This document shows positions 36,442 to 49,566 of a DNA stretch of 64,000 bases, in pieces. The position numbers and the translations under genes were made by a program. Each line of letters starts with the position of its first letter. Position 1 is the stretch's first letter. Source of the DNA: Heterodontus francisci (Eukaryota); assembly GCF_036365525.1 (NCBI RefSeq), contig NC_090374.1, positions 195,925,037 through 195,989,036 on the forward strand. The letters are read 5' to 3'. The notes below the pieces were generated by a model. The model was given only the letters and a program-made list of their open reading frames with translations, ran no database searches and was not told where the DNA came from.

Positions 36442-38690
36442 TGATAAAGGTGGCAAGGCAGGTGATGTTGTAGCTCTAGCATGTGGGAGCTGGTGGTAAG
36501 TGTCTGCAGCTTGAGAAACTTTGGCTCAGAGCTGATGAACAGGAGCACAAGCTTCAGACACTGCAATGTATCAGGCAGGGGGAAAGTTACCTTGACACTT
36601 TGTTCCAGGAGACAGTCACATCCCTGAGGTTAGGTACTTCAGATTTGGTTTGTAGTCAGTGACAGGAGGGTGTGAATACGAGTGAGGCATGTATGAGGAT
36701 CCAGAAGGAAGCAATGGAGTAGCCTTAGGGGTTGCACTTGTCCAACAGGTTTTAGATTCTTGCAGCTTGTGTGGACAAGAACAGGGACTGCATGTCGGAT
36801 GAGCAAACCATGGTGCAGGGGGCCATTTAAGTTGGGGGGGGGGGGGGGGGTGAGTAAAAAGGAATTTAGTAGTCTTATGGGACAGTATAGTTAGGGGGAT
36901 TAAAACTGTTCTCTGCAGCAAAACGTGTGAATTTTGAAGGCTGTGTTGCCTGCCCGGTGCCAGGGTTAAGAACATCTCCTTGGGGCTAGAGAGGTAATTG
37001 GAGTGGGAGGGGAAGGATCTAGATGCTGTGGACCATCTGGGTATCAACAACATAGGTAGGACTAAGAAAGAGATTCTGCTGAGGGAATATGAGCACCTAG
37101 GGGATAAATTAAAAAGCAGAACCACAAAAGGTAATAATCTCTGGATTATTACCTGAGCCATGAGCAAATTGGCATAGGGTAAAGAAGATCAGAAAGTTGA
37201 ATGCGTGGCTCAAAGATTGGCATGTGAGAAATGGGTTTCGATTCATGGGGCACAGACACCAGTACTGGGGAAAGAGGAAGCTGTACTGTTGGGACACCCT
37301 TCACCTGAACTGCGCTGGGACCAGTGTCCAGGCAAATCATATAACTAGGGCTGTAGAGAGGGCTTTCAACCAAATAATGGGGGAGGGTTCAGGTGAGAGG
37401 AAATGTAAAAGTTAACGAGAAAGGACAAGGCTATAGTGCAGGGTAGCAAAACAGGTAATGATAACCAGAGTGTGACAGAAAGGGACAGAGAGTACAAACA
37501 TATGAGTGCACCAGCAAATAAGGTCAGAGCAGTGAAAAGTGGCAAAAAGACAGAATTAAAGGCTTTTCATCTGAATGGACACAGCACTTGTAGCAAGATG
37601 GGTGAACTGATGGCTCAAATAAAAATATATGAGTATGATCTGATAGCCAATTCAGAGACATAGTTGCAAGGTAGCCAAGGCAGACAACTAAGTATTTCAG
37701 GGTATTTGATATTTTGGAAGGATAGGAAGAAAGGAAAAGGAAGTGGAGTAGCTCTGTTGATAAAGAATGAGATAAGTACAGTAGTGAGAAATGATCTTGG
37801 CTCAGAAGATCAAGGTGTAGAATCAGTTTGGGTGGAGATAGGAAATAGCAAAGGAAAGAAGTCACTGGTAGAAATAGTTTATAGGCCCCTTAACAGTAGC
37901 AACACAATAGGACAGCGTATAAATCAAGAAATAATGGGGACTTGTAGGAAAGGTACTGCAATACTCACGGGCAATTTTAATCTACATGTCGATTGGATGA
38001 ATCAAATTGGCAAAAGTAGCCTGGAGGATGAGTTCATAGAGTGTATTCGAGACAGTTTCTTGGAACAATACATTCTGGAACCAACCAGGTAGCAGGCTAA
38101 TTTAGACCAAGTAATGTGTAATGAGACAGGATTAATTAATGACCTCATAGCAAAGGATCCTTTTGGGAAAAGTGATCATTACAGGATAGAATTTCATATT
38201 CAGTTTGAGCGTGAGGAGTTTGGGTCTGAAACTTGTGTCTTAAACGTAAATGAAGTCAATTTCAAGGATATGAAGGCAGAGTTGGCTAAAGTGGACTGGG
38301 AAGACAGGTTAAAAAGGTCCGACAGTAGAGAAGCAGCAGCAGACATTTCAGGATGTAATTCATAACTCTCAATAGAGATATATTCCATTGAGAAAGAAAG
38401 CTCTATGAGACAGATGCACTATCCGTGGCTAACTAAGGAAGTTAAGGATGGTATCAAATTGAAAGAAAAGGCATACAATGCTATAAAGATTAGTGGTAGG
38501 CCAGAAAATGAGAACATTTTAGAAACCAGCAAAGGATGACTAAAAAATAATAGAGGGAGAAATCAGAATACTAGCAAGAAATATAAAAATGGACAGTAAA
38601 AGCTTCTACAAATATATAAAAAGTAAACAAGTAGCTAAACCAGCAGAGACTTTGAACAAGTATTTTGTATCTGTCTTCACAGAAGATACA

Positions 38691-38995
38691 GGGCGGCACA
38701 CTAGCGCAGTGCTTAGCACCACAGCCTCACAGCTCCAGGGACCCGGGTTTGATTCTGGGTACTGCCTGTGCGGAGTTTGCAAGTTCTCGCTGTGACTGCC
38801 GGGTGCTCCGGTTTCCTCCCACTGCCAAAGACTTGCAGGTGATAGGTAAATTGGCTGTTGTAAATTGCCCCTAGTGTAGGTAGGTGGTAGGGAATATGGG
38901 ATTGCTGTAGGGTTAGTATAAGTGGGTGGTTGTTGGTCGGCACAGACTGGGTGGGCTGAAGGGCCTGTTTTAGTGCTGTATCTCTAAATAAATAA
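38691..38995 (+). mobile_element. V-domain SINE inserted in CR1
   Basis: GGGCGGCACA head, V-domain with a deletion, (TAAA)n tail. Confidence 0.9.
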
Positions 38996-39589
38996 AAGTC
39001 ATCCCAAGAATAGTGGAATATTAAGAGGCAAAAGGGAGGGAGGAACTTAGAACTATCACTATCACTGGAGGCTAAGTATGAGGAAATCTAATGGAACTAA
39101 AACCTGACAAGTGCCCTGGACCAGATGGCTTGCATCCTAGATACTATATTGTTGGTATTGAGTTTACCCATTAAGAACACAGATTGAAATCATACCAGAA
39201 AGAATGTTTTTTTTGTTTTCATAAAGAAGATGCAGTGGTTTAATGGTGTACAACCAAAAATGTAAACTGGCATACTTCAGTTGACAGATTTGATTTGTTT
39301 TTAAAAAGGCATCTTGAACTAGTGTCTTTATTTCTCCAACCCCAAAACTTCATTTAACACAGCTTATGACTCTATTCAGACATCAACACTGTAATTGTTT
39401 ATGCTTTATATCCTGCCTTTATTTTTACACGATAACGAGTCAATCTCTCAAGGCCCTACATCAGTTTCATAATTGTCCCTGTTATCTTTGTGTGACAGTT
39501 TCTCTTTCTGTCTCAACTCAACTACTTTTGTCTCTCTTCTCTTTTCCACTGCTCTGGCTCCAACATCTTACGCATTCCTCCTTTCCTTT

Positions 39590-39800
39590 ACCCCATCATT
39601 GGCAGCCATAGGATCAGCCATCTAGGTCCCTCACTCAAATTCCCTCCCTACACCCTTCCAGCTCCCTCTCTTCCTTTAAGACTCTTCTTACGCCTCACCT
39701 TGCCATCTTAGATGAAACTTTTGGTTACCACTCCCAATATCTCCTTCTTTAGCTCAGTATCTTTTTTTTTTACTTCTGTCTTTGTGAAGTCAACTACAGA
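39590..39800 (+). mobile_element. Old L2 3' tail
   Basis: CTCTCTTCCTTTAAGACTCTTCTTA...CTTTTGGTTACC resembles 3580-3640. Confidence 0.5.
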
Positions 39801-40798
39801 AGAGGGGGATCTGAATAAATATGTCATTGTCTCTCTAATTTCCTTTTGTCTCTTGAACTACTTTTTTCTTTTTGTATGGCATGTGACAAATGGTATGGCA
39901 TTGTGAGATGGGCAAAGGTACTTCTGCTACTTGCAGGCTGCATTCCAGTTGAGAGCTGCAGGAAAAATATAGGTCTTAGCAGCTCCTTCCCCATGCACTA
40001 CTTCAATTCACTTGTGCTTCCTCCATCTCCTCGCTCTGACTGTGTTACCAATCCCTTCACATTCCCATTACCCCCTTCCTGTTCCTACCAACATGCACTT
40101 GCATTACTACCCCTACATCATCTCCTCCAAGCTACCCACTCAACTCCAGTATCCTCCCCTTCACTGTGCTTCATAGTCATTCAACGCTCTTAATTTTCTA
40201 TCCACTCACCAGCCCTCAACGATTGGGACAAGTCCAACCCATTTCTCTCCTCTAATCTTTGTTTACCCCAATGAAGCTTTGTTTGTTCTTAATACAACCA
40301 AAAAAAATCAGTGCTAAGAGATACTGTCTGCCTCCGACCATCATGTTTACATTTTTCTTACTCATTGGTCTTAACTGTCTGAACCTGTTTCACAGGTTCA
40401 GTTAGAAAATGATTGTGTTACAATTCACAGGCAGGTGAGATAATTCAACTGTTCTCTTCAAAACTGAACTAACATTGGCATAAAGACTGAGCTGCACATT
40501 CCATCACCTCCCTCCGTCCGAACCAAATGTAACAGAAAAGAAATACAACAAATGCGCAGTCACTGTTCCCATTTTCTCTCTTACACTCACTGCTTCTTTA
40601 AAAGAAAACTCAATACTACCTTTACCTCAAGAAAGCTTTTGGGATTTATTTTATTTTTCAAAATTATTTGAAAAACTATTGTGAAAAAATTGTTAGAATT
40701 TAAATAAAAATACATAATCAGGATCATTCTGGGAAATTAGTGTATGTTCAGACTGCACAATGCAAATTCAGTCCACAGCATTGGTCACTAATACAAAG

Positions 40799-41715
40799 TG
40801 TCATGCAGAGCTCCACCTGCTAAGAATAAGGCATATTAATTTCATCATATGAACATTAATTTTGAACTGTTGCTCGAGTGAAGAAATGACTTGTGAAAGA
40901 GATCAACAGACCTTTGGCTGGTGGACATTTGCATACTAAGAGACGGTGCTTATGGAGGCAAAGGATTACTCCCTGAATCTAATTAACCCAAATGGATTTT
41001 GATCACCAGACATTGAAGGTGCAGGGAAGCACAATCCAGGGACTGCTAAGATGATACAATCCACAAATGCAGGAGTGGCTAAGTCAGTTAGTCACATGAC
41101 TGACCTGCTGGCCAACTTGGAGTTGAATTGTGCCATAGAAAGTTTGCAACTGAAGCTGGAACAAGAAAGCCCCTCTCTCCTGGCTGTCTCTCCTGCTTTT
41201 TCCCAAGCCACCGGATCCATGGAAGACACCTAAACCTCAAGAGAGAAAAGACTCCAACATCAAAACAAGTTGAAGCATGAACTGGGCCCCAATGAACAGC
41301 AGGATATACTGGCAATCAAAGACTCCACATTTAACTCAAAGGACTGTAATTATAACCCAGTTACTGCCTCAAACTTTTCCCCTTTATTCTTTTCTACTTT
41401 TTCTGTGTGTTTATTGCATATGCATGCTGGTGCAATCGCGTCACATATTCGTAGTCGCTAACCGGATTAGAGTTTAAGATGAATAAACTTTCTTGTTTAA
41501 ATCTGAGGTAACCCGTCTGATTTTTTTGCCTTACAATTGGAGTAGTGAACAAGGAGTCACTGAGGCAGGGGGTGGGTGGGGGGGGGGGGGGGTGGAGGGG
41601 GTGCGGGTGGGGGAAGAGCTAAAAACACCGTGCTTCTAAAATTAAATCCTGTTGCAGTTAAACCAGGCAAAGGCTGACAGGGAACCCCTAGACCCCTTCT
41701 CACCTGGTCTTAACA
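40799..41715 (+). mobile_element. Solo LTR (Gypsy-like)
   Basis: TGTCA...TAACA with perfect 4-bp TSD AAAG; end-to-end homology with 56907-57738; AATAAA at about 41482. Confidence 0.85.
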
Positions 41716-41989
41716 AAAGTCTAAGCCTGGATTTTGAGGGGAAAAAATGACAGCCTTTCAGTAAAAGCTTTAATGAAGGCACAATAAAAGTCAATGGATA
41801 AACGTAATTATGTTGGATAATTTGTTTTGTTTTATTAATTGTTTAAACCTTTGTTTAGACATGAAAAATGTCAGATACTGAGAATAGATGGCAGATGGCT
41901 AATAAACCCAATTTGTTAAGATAGATATGAGCAGCAGCAAGTCAGGCACTACAATGGTGGGTGTTGTGTGACACACAAAAAAACATAAT

Positions 41990-42487
41990 GGGCTGGATTT
42001 TACAGCCCCTCCACCATCAGGAATGGTGGCGGGGGTGGGGGGGGGCAGCAATGGAGATCAGTATGGCGGAGGCCCACCACTGACCCCGACAGCGACAGGT
42101 CCCATGTTGATCTCGGCGGCGAGGCCTCGTGGTGGCCGCCCCACCGCTCGGCGACAGGACCCCTCATTTCAATATATAAACTAATTTACATACCTGATTT
42201 TATTAGGGTCCCGTCGCCTCCTAAATCGCCGCACCGATCTTCATTCGGGTGGCCGACAATGCCGCACCTTCAAATCCCTGTTGGGGGAAACGTGGCGCGA
42301 CACCTGTGGGGGGGAGGAGGATTTTTTTCTCTGTGTGGGGGGAGCGCGGCGGGCAGACGTCACAGACATGCAAATGAGCCTCTGCGTTTGAAATCGCGGC
42401 AGCTCCATGACATGGTGCCTGTGCGGGCAGGCCGCATTTATTTTGGACCGCCGCCTACTTCGGCGATGGACTCTTAAAATATAGCCC
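41990..42487. mobile_element. Harbinger-type MITE
   Basis: TIR GGGCTGGATTTTA / TAAAATATAGCCC (11 of 13 match); GC/CpG-rich interior. Confidence 0.7.
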
Positions 42488-42739
42488 ATTGCTTCTAACA
42501 TTCAAAGTTCTATCACAGTGCCACCTACAAGCATTGCAGGAAAATGTGGACTTGTAGTTGAGTATATATCCAAGCCCATCATTTTGAAAGAAGTATTTTT
42601 GGGGTGACAGCTTTATCCTTCTATAAACATTTAAGCTGAAATTACACTCTGCGATTTTAGTAGCTGTGCAATATATTCTGCTGATTTACTTAAACAACCC
42701 CTTTTAATAGTGCTTTGATACTTGTTAGGTAAAATATAT

Positions 42740-43783
42740 GGCTGGGTTTGCTGAATATGCAACCACTAGGTAGCGCAGTACTCGCACATGCGCAAATGCA
42801 GCCTCATGCATTGAAACATCACTGTCTGCGACGTTTTTGGCAGCTGCCAATAGTAAAGATGGCGCTGTTCAATTTATCAAAAAAAAAATGAAACTCAAAT
42901 CCCCAGTGGCCGCGAACGCTGCCTCCCTCCCACCCCCAACAGTACCCCGCTCCCACGCTTCACTTTTCCGCTGCCTCCTGTGCCCATCTGCTTGCCACTT
43001 GCTCCCCGCCGCTTCTCTCCCACTCGCCTCTTCCTCCCCTCTGCTCTGCTCCCTCCCCATCCTGCTTCTGCTCCCCGATCCCTCCCGCATCTGCTCCCCA
43101 CTGGCAGTCTCCCTCCCCTCCCTTCCCTTGCCTATCTTTTCACTCTCTCTCTCCACTTGTGCGGGGAAGATAGTTGGCAATCTCAGGAGGGAGTGGGGAG
43201 CAGAGGCTGGGTAGAGGGGGAGAAGTGGCAAGGCAGGGAACAAGTGACTGACAGGTCGGGGGGTTGGTGAAGCAGGGAGCGAGCGGCCGGGGTTGGGGGG
43301 CTGGGGAAGAAGCAGCGAGGCGGGGAGTAAGTGGCCCATAGGTCAGTGGGGGGGGGGGGGGGGGGGAGGTAAAGTGGGGGGCAAGTGACGAGGGGGCAGA
43401 AGCGGCAAGGCGGGGAGCGAATGGCCCACAGTGTAGAAGCGGGGCGTTGAAGCGGTGAGTGAGTGGCCGAGAGGCGAGGAAGAAGTAGCGAGGTGGGGAG
43501 AGAGTGGCTCACAGATCAGTGCGTTGGGGGGGGGGGGGGTGAAGTGGCAGCGACTGGCCAAGAGGGGAGATGTGACGAGGCAGGGAGCGAGCTGCGAGAA
43601 AACGTTGCAGTACGCGATGACGTTTTCATGCGCATGCACAAATTAGTCCTGGCAAGCCAGGTGCTGACTTAGGCTGCTCATGCCCAGCAAAATACTGACG
43701 GCAAGAGTCCATTCTGCGCATTTGTGAATCTGGGAGATTTCTGATGAAGTCAGCGCTGGGCTGCATTGTCAAGAGTCACTTTG
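42740..43783. mobile_element. Unclassified non-autonomous DNA element with 9-bp TSD (Mutator/MULE-like), copy 2
   Basis: TSD AAAATATAT (42731-42739 / 43784-43792); ends homologous to 34261-35095. Confidence 0.72.
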
Positions 43784-44159
43784 AAAATATATTCCAGCAT
43801 ATTCCAGGTACATGTAATAGGAATACAGATGATACGAAAACTCATTTGGACCATGCAGTATTAGTAATATTTAAAATGTTCTTAGTAAATTCTGTAACTC
43901 TTTTAAGGAAGTATTGATTGAAGTTGTTAAATCCTTCGTTATAACACATTATTAAATGTTACTGATGACACACAGTGAGACTTGAGTTATTTCTTCCATC
44001 TAGAATATGCTGGGACATTTACTTCCACTGTCGAGCATAAAATCAATACAAAAGGGGTTATTGGTGGGAAATCATACACAGCAATGAATATCGCAGTGTA
44101 ATTTCACATTTAGAGTTTATAAGCAGAAAATAAAACTTGGGTTTGTGTATGATGCAATA

Positions 44160-44762
44160 CAGAAACTTAACTGAACCAGCCACACAAATACTGCAGCTAC
44201 AAGAGCAAGTCAAATGCTGGGAATTCTGCAGTGAGTAACTCACCTCCCGACTCCTGAAAGCCTGTCCACCATCAACAAGGCACAAGCCTGGATGAGTGCA
44301 GCTCCAACAACATGCAAGCTTTACACCATACAAAGTAATCTACGTGATCAGCACCCCATCCATCACCTTGAACGTTCACTCCCTCCACCATTGGTGAACC
44401 AGTGTGCACCATCTACAGAATGCACTTCAGTAACTCGCCAAGGATCCTTCAACAGCACCTTCCGAACCCGCAACCTTTACCACCCAGAACAAGGGCAGCA
44501 GACGGATGGGAACACCACTAACTGTAAGTTCCCCTCCAAGCCACACACCATCTTCACTTGGAAATATACCACCGTTCCTTCACTGTCACGGGGTCAAAAT
44601 CCTGGAACTCCCTCCTTTACAACACTGTGGGTGTTCCTATACTACATGAACTGCAGTGGTTCAAGGAGGCAGCTCAGCACACCTTCCCAAGGGCAATTAG
44701 AGATGGGCAATAAATGCTGGCCTTATCAGCGATGCTCACATCACATGAACAAATGAAAAAAA
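44160..44762 (+). mobile_element. 3' end of a second LINE family (CR1 superfamily, distinct from the main CR1s)
   Basis: Colinear with 55005-55525; 3'UTR CAAGGGCAATTAGAGATGGGCAATAAATGCTGGCC. Confidence 0.8.
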
Positions 44763-45654
44763 ATTATCCCACTCCAAAAATACTGTTGTCAAAATGCTGG
44801 ACTTGCAAAGTTATATAAATCCTTATTTAAAGCTGAACACACACTATAGTAGAGTTCAGCTATTTTTGAATATAATTTAAACTGATTATGTTTTGGTCTA
44901 ATCATTCAATTTTCCATTTTTAAACCTGATACTATACCTAGATTAAAATTCCCTGCAACATTACAGGTTGGAAATGAATATAGATAGAATATAAATATAA
45001 CACACAAAACAATTACAATGCTGATATATGAACCATAGTCATAAGCTGTAGTATATGAGGTTCTGGGGTTGGGAAAATGAAGAGGTTGGCCCCAGATTCC
45101 TTTCTAAAAACAAACCAAATCAGTCAACCAAAGCACCTATAACTGAAATATATTGGTTTGCATTTTTCATTGGATGACATCAAAGTATGGCATCGTCCTT
45201 ACAAAGCAATAAGGTGCATCTTACTTATAATATACCCAGTTTTCAATGGAACAAATGACCTAGCAGACAATGGCTCACAATTTTTTATTTTATTTTTTTT
45301 AAAAAGAGCAAAATGCTGCAGTTAAAATTAACCTGAAATAGCTGGCAGGCTTTAACATTAATAAATTCCTTTTTACCCTGATCATGATTCATCTTGACAG
45401 CGCAAGGAAATGGAATCATCTCTCATTTTTCTGCACTCAGTGACAGCGCTCAGTAATCCTAGGTCATGTGTAGCATGAACTAGTTGTAATACAATGCAAT
45501 GGTTCCCTCTACACGGCCCAGAAAGTCTCTCTCAATCCAAACTCTAGAAACTGCACTTGTAAGGCACAGATGTTTCTATTTACCCACCTCTATTTGATCT
45601 TAGTGGCATCTGAGAGATTCTGCCAGCTTATTATTGTTCACTAAAGAGAAACTA

Positions 45655-46147
45655 AAGCCGTAATTTCACAACCCCGCACAAGCGGGCTGAGGCGGGGGGG
45701 GGGGGGGGGGGGGAGCTGTTCCCATCGCTTTCCTGCCCCTGCTGCAATTTTATGTGGGGTGGCAGTGGCAAGAAATGGCCCGCCCGCCCCAGGCCAATTA
45801 ATTGGCCACTTAAGGGCCTTCTCCCACCGCCGCTGGTATATTACGGCTCAGGACCCCCAGGAGGCCACCCAGTAAAACCTTGCGAGCTGGGGGGGGTGGG
45901 CCCTCCAGATCGGGCACCCTGTTCCCCAAGGACACCACCAACCACCACCACCCCCCCCCCCCCCCACAGCACAAGCCGCCCACACTGCACTACATTCCCC
46001 ACCCCCCCAATCCAGCACCCTCCTTGCCTCACCAGGGCAAAGCTGGTTGGGGTTTTGGGCCTCTTAAAATAATAGCATGGATCCCAAGTCCAGTGGAGGC
46101 AGGCTTGCCCCTGACATTTAAGTCACCCAATGCAAAAATCTCAGCCT
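45655..46147 (+). mobile_element. Degenerate Harbinger-type MITE
   Basis: Decayed ends (GCCGTAATTTCAC ... GCAAAAATCTCAGCC); interior shared with 5890-6260. Confidence 0.5.
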
Positions 46148-46313
46148 GCAAAGATTGTTTTTAAAAAAAATTTCTTTGCATTACTAATGTTTGGTTAAGA
46201 GTCATAATACCATGCAATGACTTTCTCAAAAGCTGCTCCATGATTGTTAACAATTCAGTGAAGCATAATGTTGGCACTGCTGCTCAGAACGTGACATTTT
46301 TCTGTATCCATAT

Positions 46314-47675
46314 TGTTACGACTGAGGTGGGAAGAGTGCACTGTTAATTCAGTCCCGTTTCCCCACAGGTCACAGCATATTCTTTAAAGTTTTTCCACTT
46401 GTTCAAACAGTCAGTCAGATACACTATTTTTCCCAGAACAGAACACACTAACTAGGTTTCTTTACTGAACAAAATTAACAATATATTATAAAACAAGTTT
46501 TAACTAGTAAGAAGGGCAAACATAAACACGATCGAATTTTTAAAAATCCAACATTAAATTTTTTAAAAGTCCCCTTTTCTGCCTTGACCAATTTTTAAAA
46601 TCCTTTTTTTTACTTTAGTCCCTTCACACTCACACACACTACTGAAAAAATAAAAAAGGATTTTTAGATCAGAGCTCTATTACAGACATAAAAAACAACA
46701 ACTGGGAAGATCACTTGCCCACCCCAGAAAAATGGCAGATGAGACATGCTGCACCAAACTGGCACAAAGTCCAACCTCTGAGCACACACAGGCAGGATCT
46801 TCCAAAATTAATTCTCTTCAGGCATTGTTGAAAAATAATTTAGCAGGCCTTCTTGAAATACAGAAGACAAGATGAATTGACACATTGAACTTCAGAGTCT
46901 TTTAGGGGATTTCGAGAAAGCGAGCTGGATTGTGGTCTTCTGTTCTTCCTTGGAATTCTCCTCCTTCTGTCCTTTTTTGACACTTCAGCAGCACTGACAT
47001 TTTAAAAACATTCAGCAAGAATCTGGTCTCTTCGTCCAGAAGGTAAAACACACACTGACTCACAACCAGAAAACTTGTCAGTTTTTCTGCCCATCCCAGG
47101 TGTTTTTCTGTTGCTACTGGGCTTGTCCAATCAAAGGAGCGCTTGTCAATTTGCTGCCCCTGTTATAAGGGTTTCTGCTCATCTTTAACATGAGCCATGT
47201 GACAAACAGCAACGCTGTTGTCATGGAGTCATACAGCACTGAAACAGGCCCTTCAGCCCACCAAGTCTGTGCTGACCAACCACCCATTTATACTAATCCT
47301 ACATTTAATCCCATATTCCCTACCACATCCCCACCTTCCCTCAAATCTCCTACCACCTACCTACATTAGGGGCAATTTACAATGGCCAATTTACCCATCA
47401 ACCTGCAAGTCTTTGGCTATGGGAGGAAACCGGCGGAAACCCATGCAGTCACAGGGAGAACTTGCAAACTCCGCACAGGCAGTACCCATAACTGAACGCG
47501 GGTCACTGGAGCTATGAGGCTGCGGTGCTAACCACTACGCCACTGTGCCGCCTATCAATCCAGTTCCCTCAGTCCTCTTGATTAAACAAGTGATCCAATA
47601 TTTATTTAGCTTAACTATAAATTCCTTTTAAAAAATAAATTTTTAACGAAACAGAATTACTTTGATAATATGGCA
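46314..47675 (-). mobile_element. Solo LTR containing a V-SINE
   Basis: TGTTACGAC...TGGCA termini with 4-bp TSD ATAT; left end is the reverse complement of the GGGACTGAATTAA.AGTGC..GTCGTAACA-type end seen at 30505-30539. Confidence 0.65.
47222..47552 (-). mobile_element. V-domain SINE
   Basis: Homology to the other V-SINE copies. Confidence 0.9.
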
Positions 47676-47938
47676 ATATATATGGAGATGGTTTCAAAAA
47701 TGGGAATGTTTTATCAAGTTTGCAGTCTTTCAAATAGAGAAAACAGAAAACCATTATCTATTATTGGTTGGTGCTAGATGGGATGACTTTAGCACAAATT
47801 AAAAGATAACTAGTCACAACATTAATTGTACAAACTGGAAAAGGACAATATAATTCATAAGCACAAGCAGAAATGAATTTAACACAGAAAGAAGCAAATA
47901 AGAATCAAGCATCAAGATTAAATATTTTAAAGGGGAAA

Positions 47939-48286
47939 TTAGATTAGATTAGATTAGAGATACAGCACTGAAACAGGCCCTTCGGCCCACCGAGTCTGTG
48001 CCGACCATTAACCACCCATTTATACTAATCCCATATTCCTACCAAACATCCCCACCTGTTCCTATATTTCCCTACCACCTACCTATACTAGTGACAATTT
48101 ATAATGGTCAATTTACCTATCAACCTGCAAGTCTTTTGGCTTGTGGGAGGAAACCGGAGCACCCGGAGGAAACCCACGCAGACACAGGGAGAACTTGCAA
48201 ACTCCACACAGGCAGTACCCGGAATTGAACCCGGGTCCCTGGAGCTGTGAGGCTGCGGTGCTAACCACTGCGCCACTATGCCGCCC
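47939..48286 (-). mobile_element. V-domain SINE, full length, (TCTAA)n tail
   Basis: Near-identical inverted copy of 9261-9592. Confidence 0.93.
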
Positions 48287-49566
48287 TTTATAGATTTATA
48301 GAAGGGCAAAGGATTTATAGAAGGGCAAAGGAAAATTAATCTTTTAAAGGAAAAGTAAATAGACTACAAGTGAATGAACACAGCAAAATGGTAAGGGTGT
48401 TTTAAAGAACAAAATAATAAAAAAGATGAAATAAAATGAAATTTTCCAATGCTGTAAAGAAAATAGCTCAGAAGAACGAACCCCACTGGAGGAAAAGAAT
48501 AGGGGAATAAAATAAATAGAATCAAGTTAGTCCTGATCCAGATGAGGATTATATTCCGAGAGTACAGGAACATTTTCAGAAAATAAGGTGGATGGAACAC
48601 TGTAGCTTGTAAACTTGTATATTGGTGGAAATATCTGCTTTAGTTATCATGCAATGCCCTCCTTGGCCGAAATGCTGTTTTGTATGATGACAGTGCTTCA
48701 CACCTACACTTATCTGTAGGATAGGTCTGTTTTTGGTAGAATTCATTCAATCAATGACAAATAAGACAGAATAAAAATAAATATGTCCTATCACAATCTG
48801 TTTGGGGTAAGTCCAAACTTCATTTTACTCCAAGCGCTAACCTCTATTCTGCCAACATAACCCTCCAACAGGGCCAACAGGAGGATCTGGAATTGAAGTG
48901 GCAGTGTCATGTTGAAATTTGTGACAGGGCTCTGTACTGCAGTTGATTGATAGACCATATGATAAGTTCCCCTGGACACTATTTGCCATCAGGCTATTCA
49001 CCATGGAGCCCATCAAAGGCAAGCCCAGCTATCTTCTCACCCAATGTCACATAAGGGATCTTTTCAGCAGGGTAATGATCAGGAAAATAAAGCATATGGC
49101 TCATTCTTTTTAACTCCCTGGAGTAAAAATGATGAAACCAACTATACCGTGTGTTAGTTACAGGAGTTTCAAATGCATTATTTTAAAATAAAGCGAGGGG
49201 GAATTGCCTGGGATAGTACCGAGTTACAGAGTCCAGGAAGATCGCCAGTTTGATTCTTGCGTGTTGGTGGTCCCAGTATTGCTTTGATTACCGTGCTTTG
49301 GGGTTATGGAAGGGAAAAATCCGCTTAGGTTCTTGCTCCGGATTTGTACTCTGTTTTCTTTAATATCCATCAGTTTCACCTTAGCACATTCTGTTAATCA
49401 CTATAATAGGGTTTCATCCACTACTGCAATCATACTCATGCATGGAACAGTTATGAACTAAAGTGAACTGGAGCAATTATGAACTGTAAAAATGAGTTGA
49501 ACTGAACTCCCAAAAATAGGCACACTTTTACTGCAGACAAGATGGAGTAAGAGGTCTGGTGACCTC

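Larger units (their letters stand above)
33905..39141 (+). mobile_element. CR1 LINE 5' half (5'UTR, ORF1 esterase, APE endonuclease), 3'-truncated, with three nested insertions
   Basis: CCLPGARV at about 36945, NAWLKDW..GFRFMGH..DTLHLN, GVESVWVEI, IVYRPLN, GNFNLH; overlaps the subfamily at 8000-10190. Confidence 0.85.

Noticed and set aside
42837-43672. Overlapping Pro/Gly/Arg-rich ORFs (also 34547-35099 and 1208-1686)
   Set aside because: By-product of GC-rich low-complexity transposon interiors
48780-49345. Possible ancient SINE remnants (LF-SINE-like)
   Set aside because: Too degenerate to assign by eye
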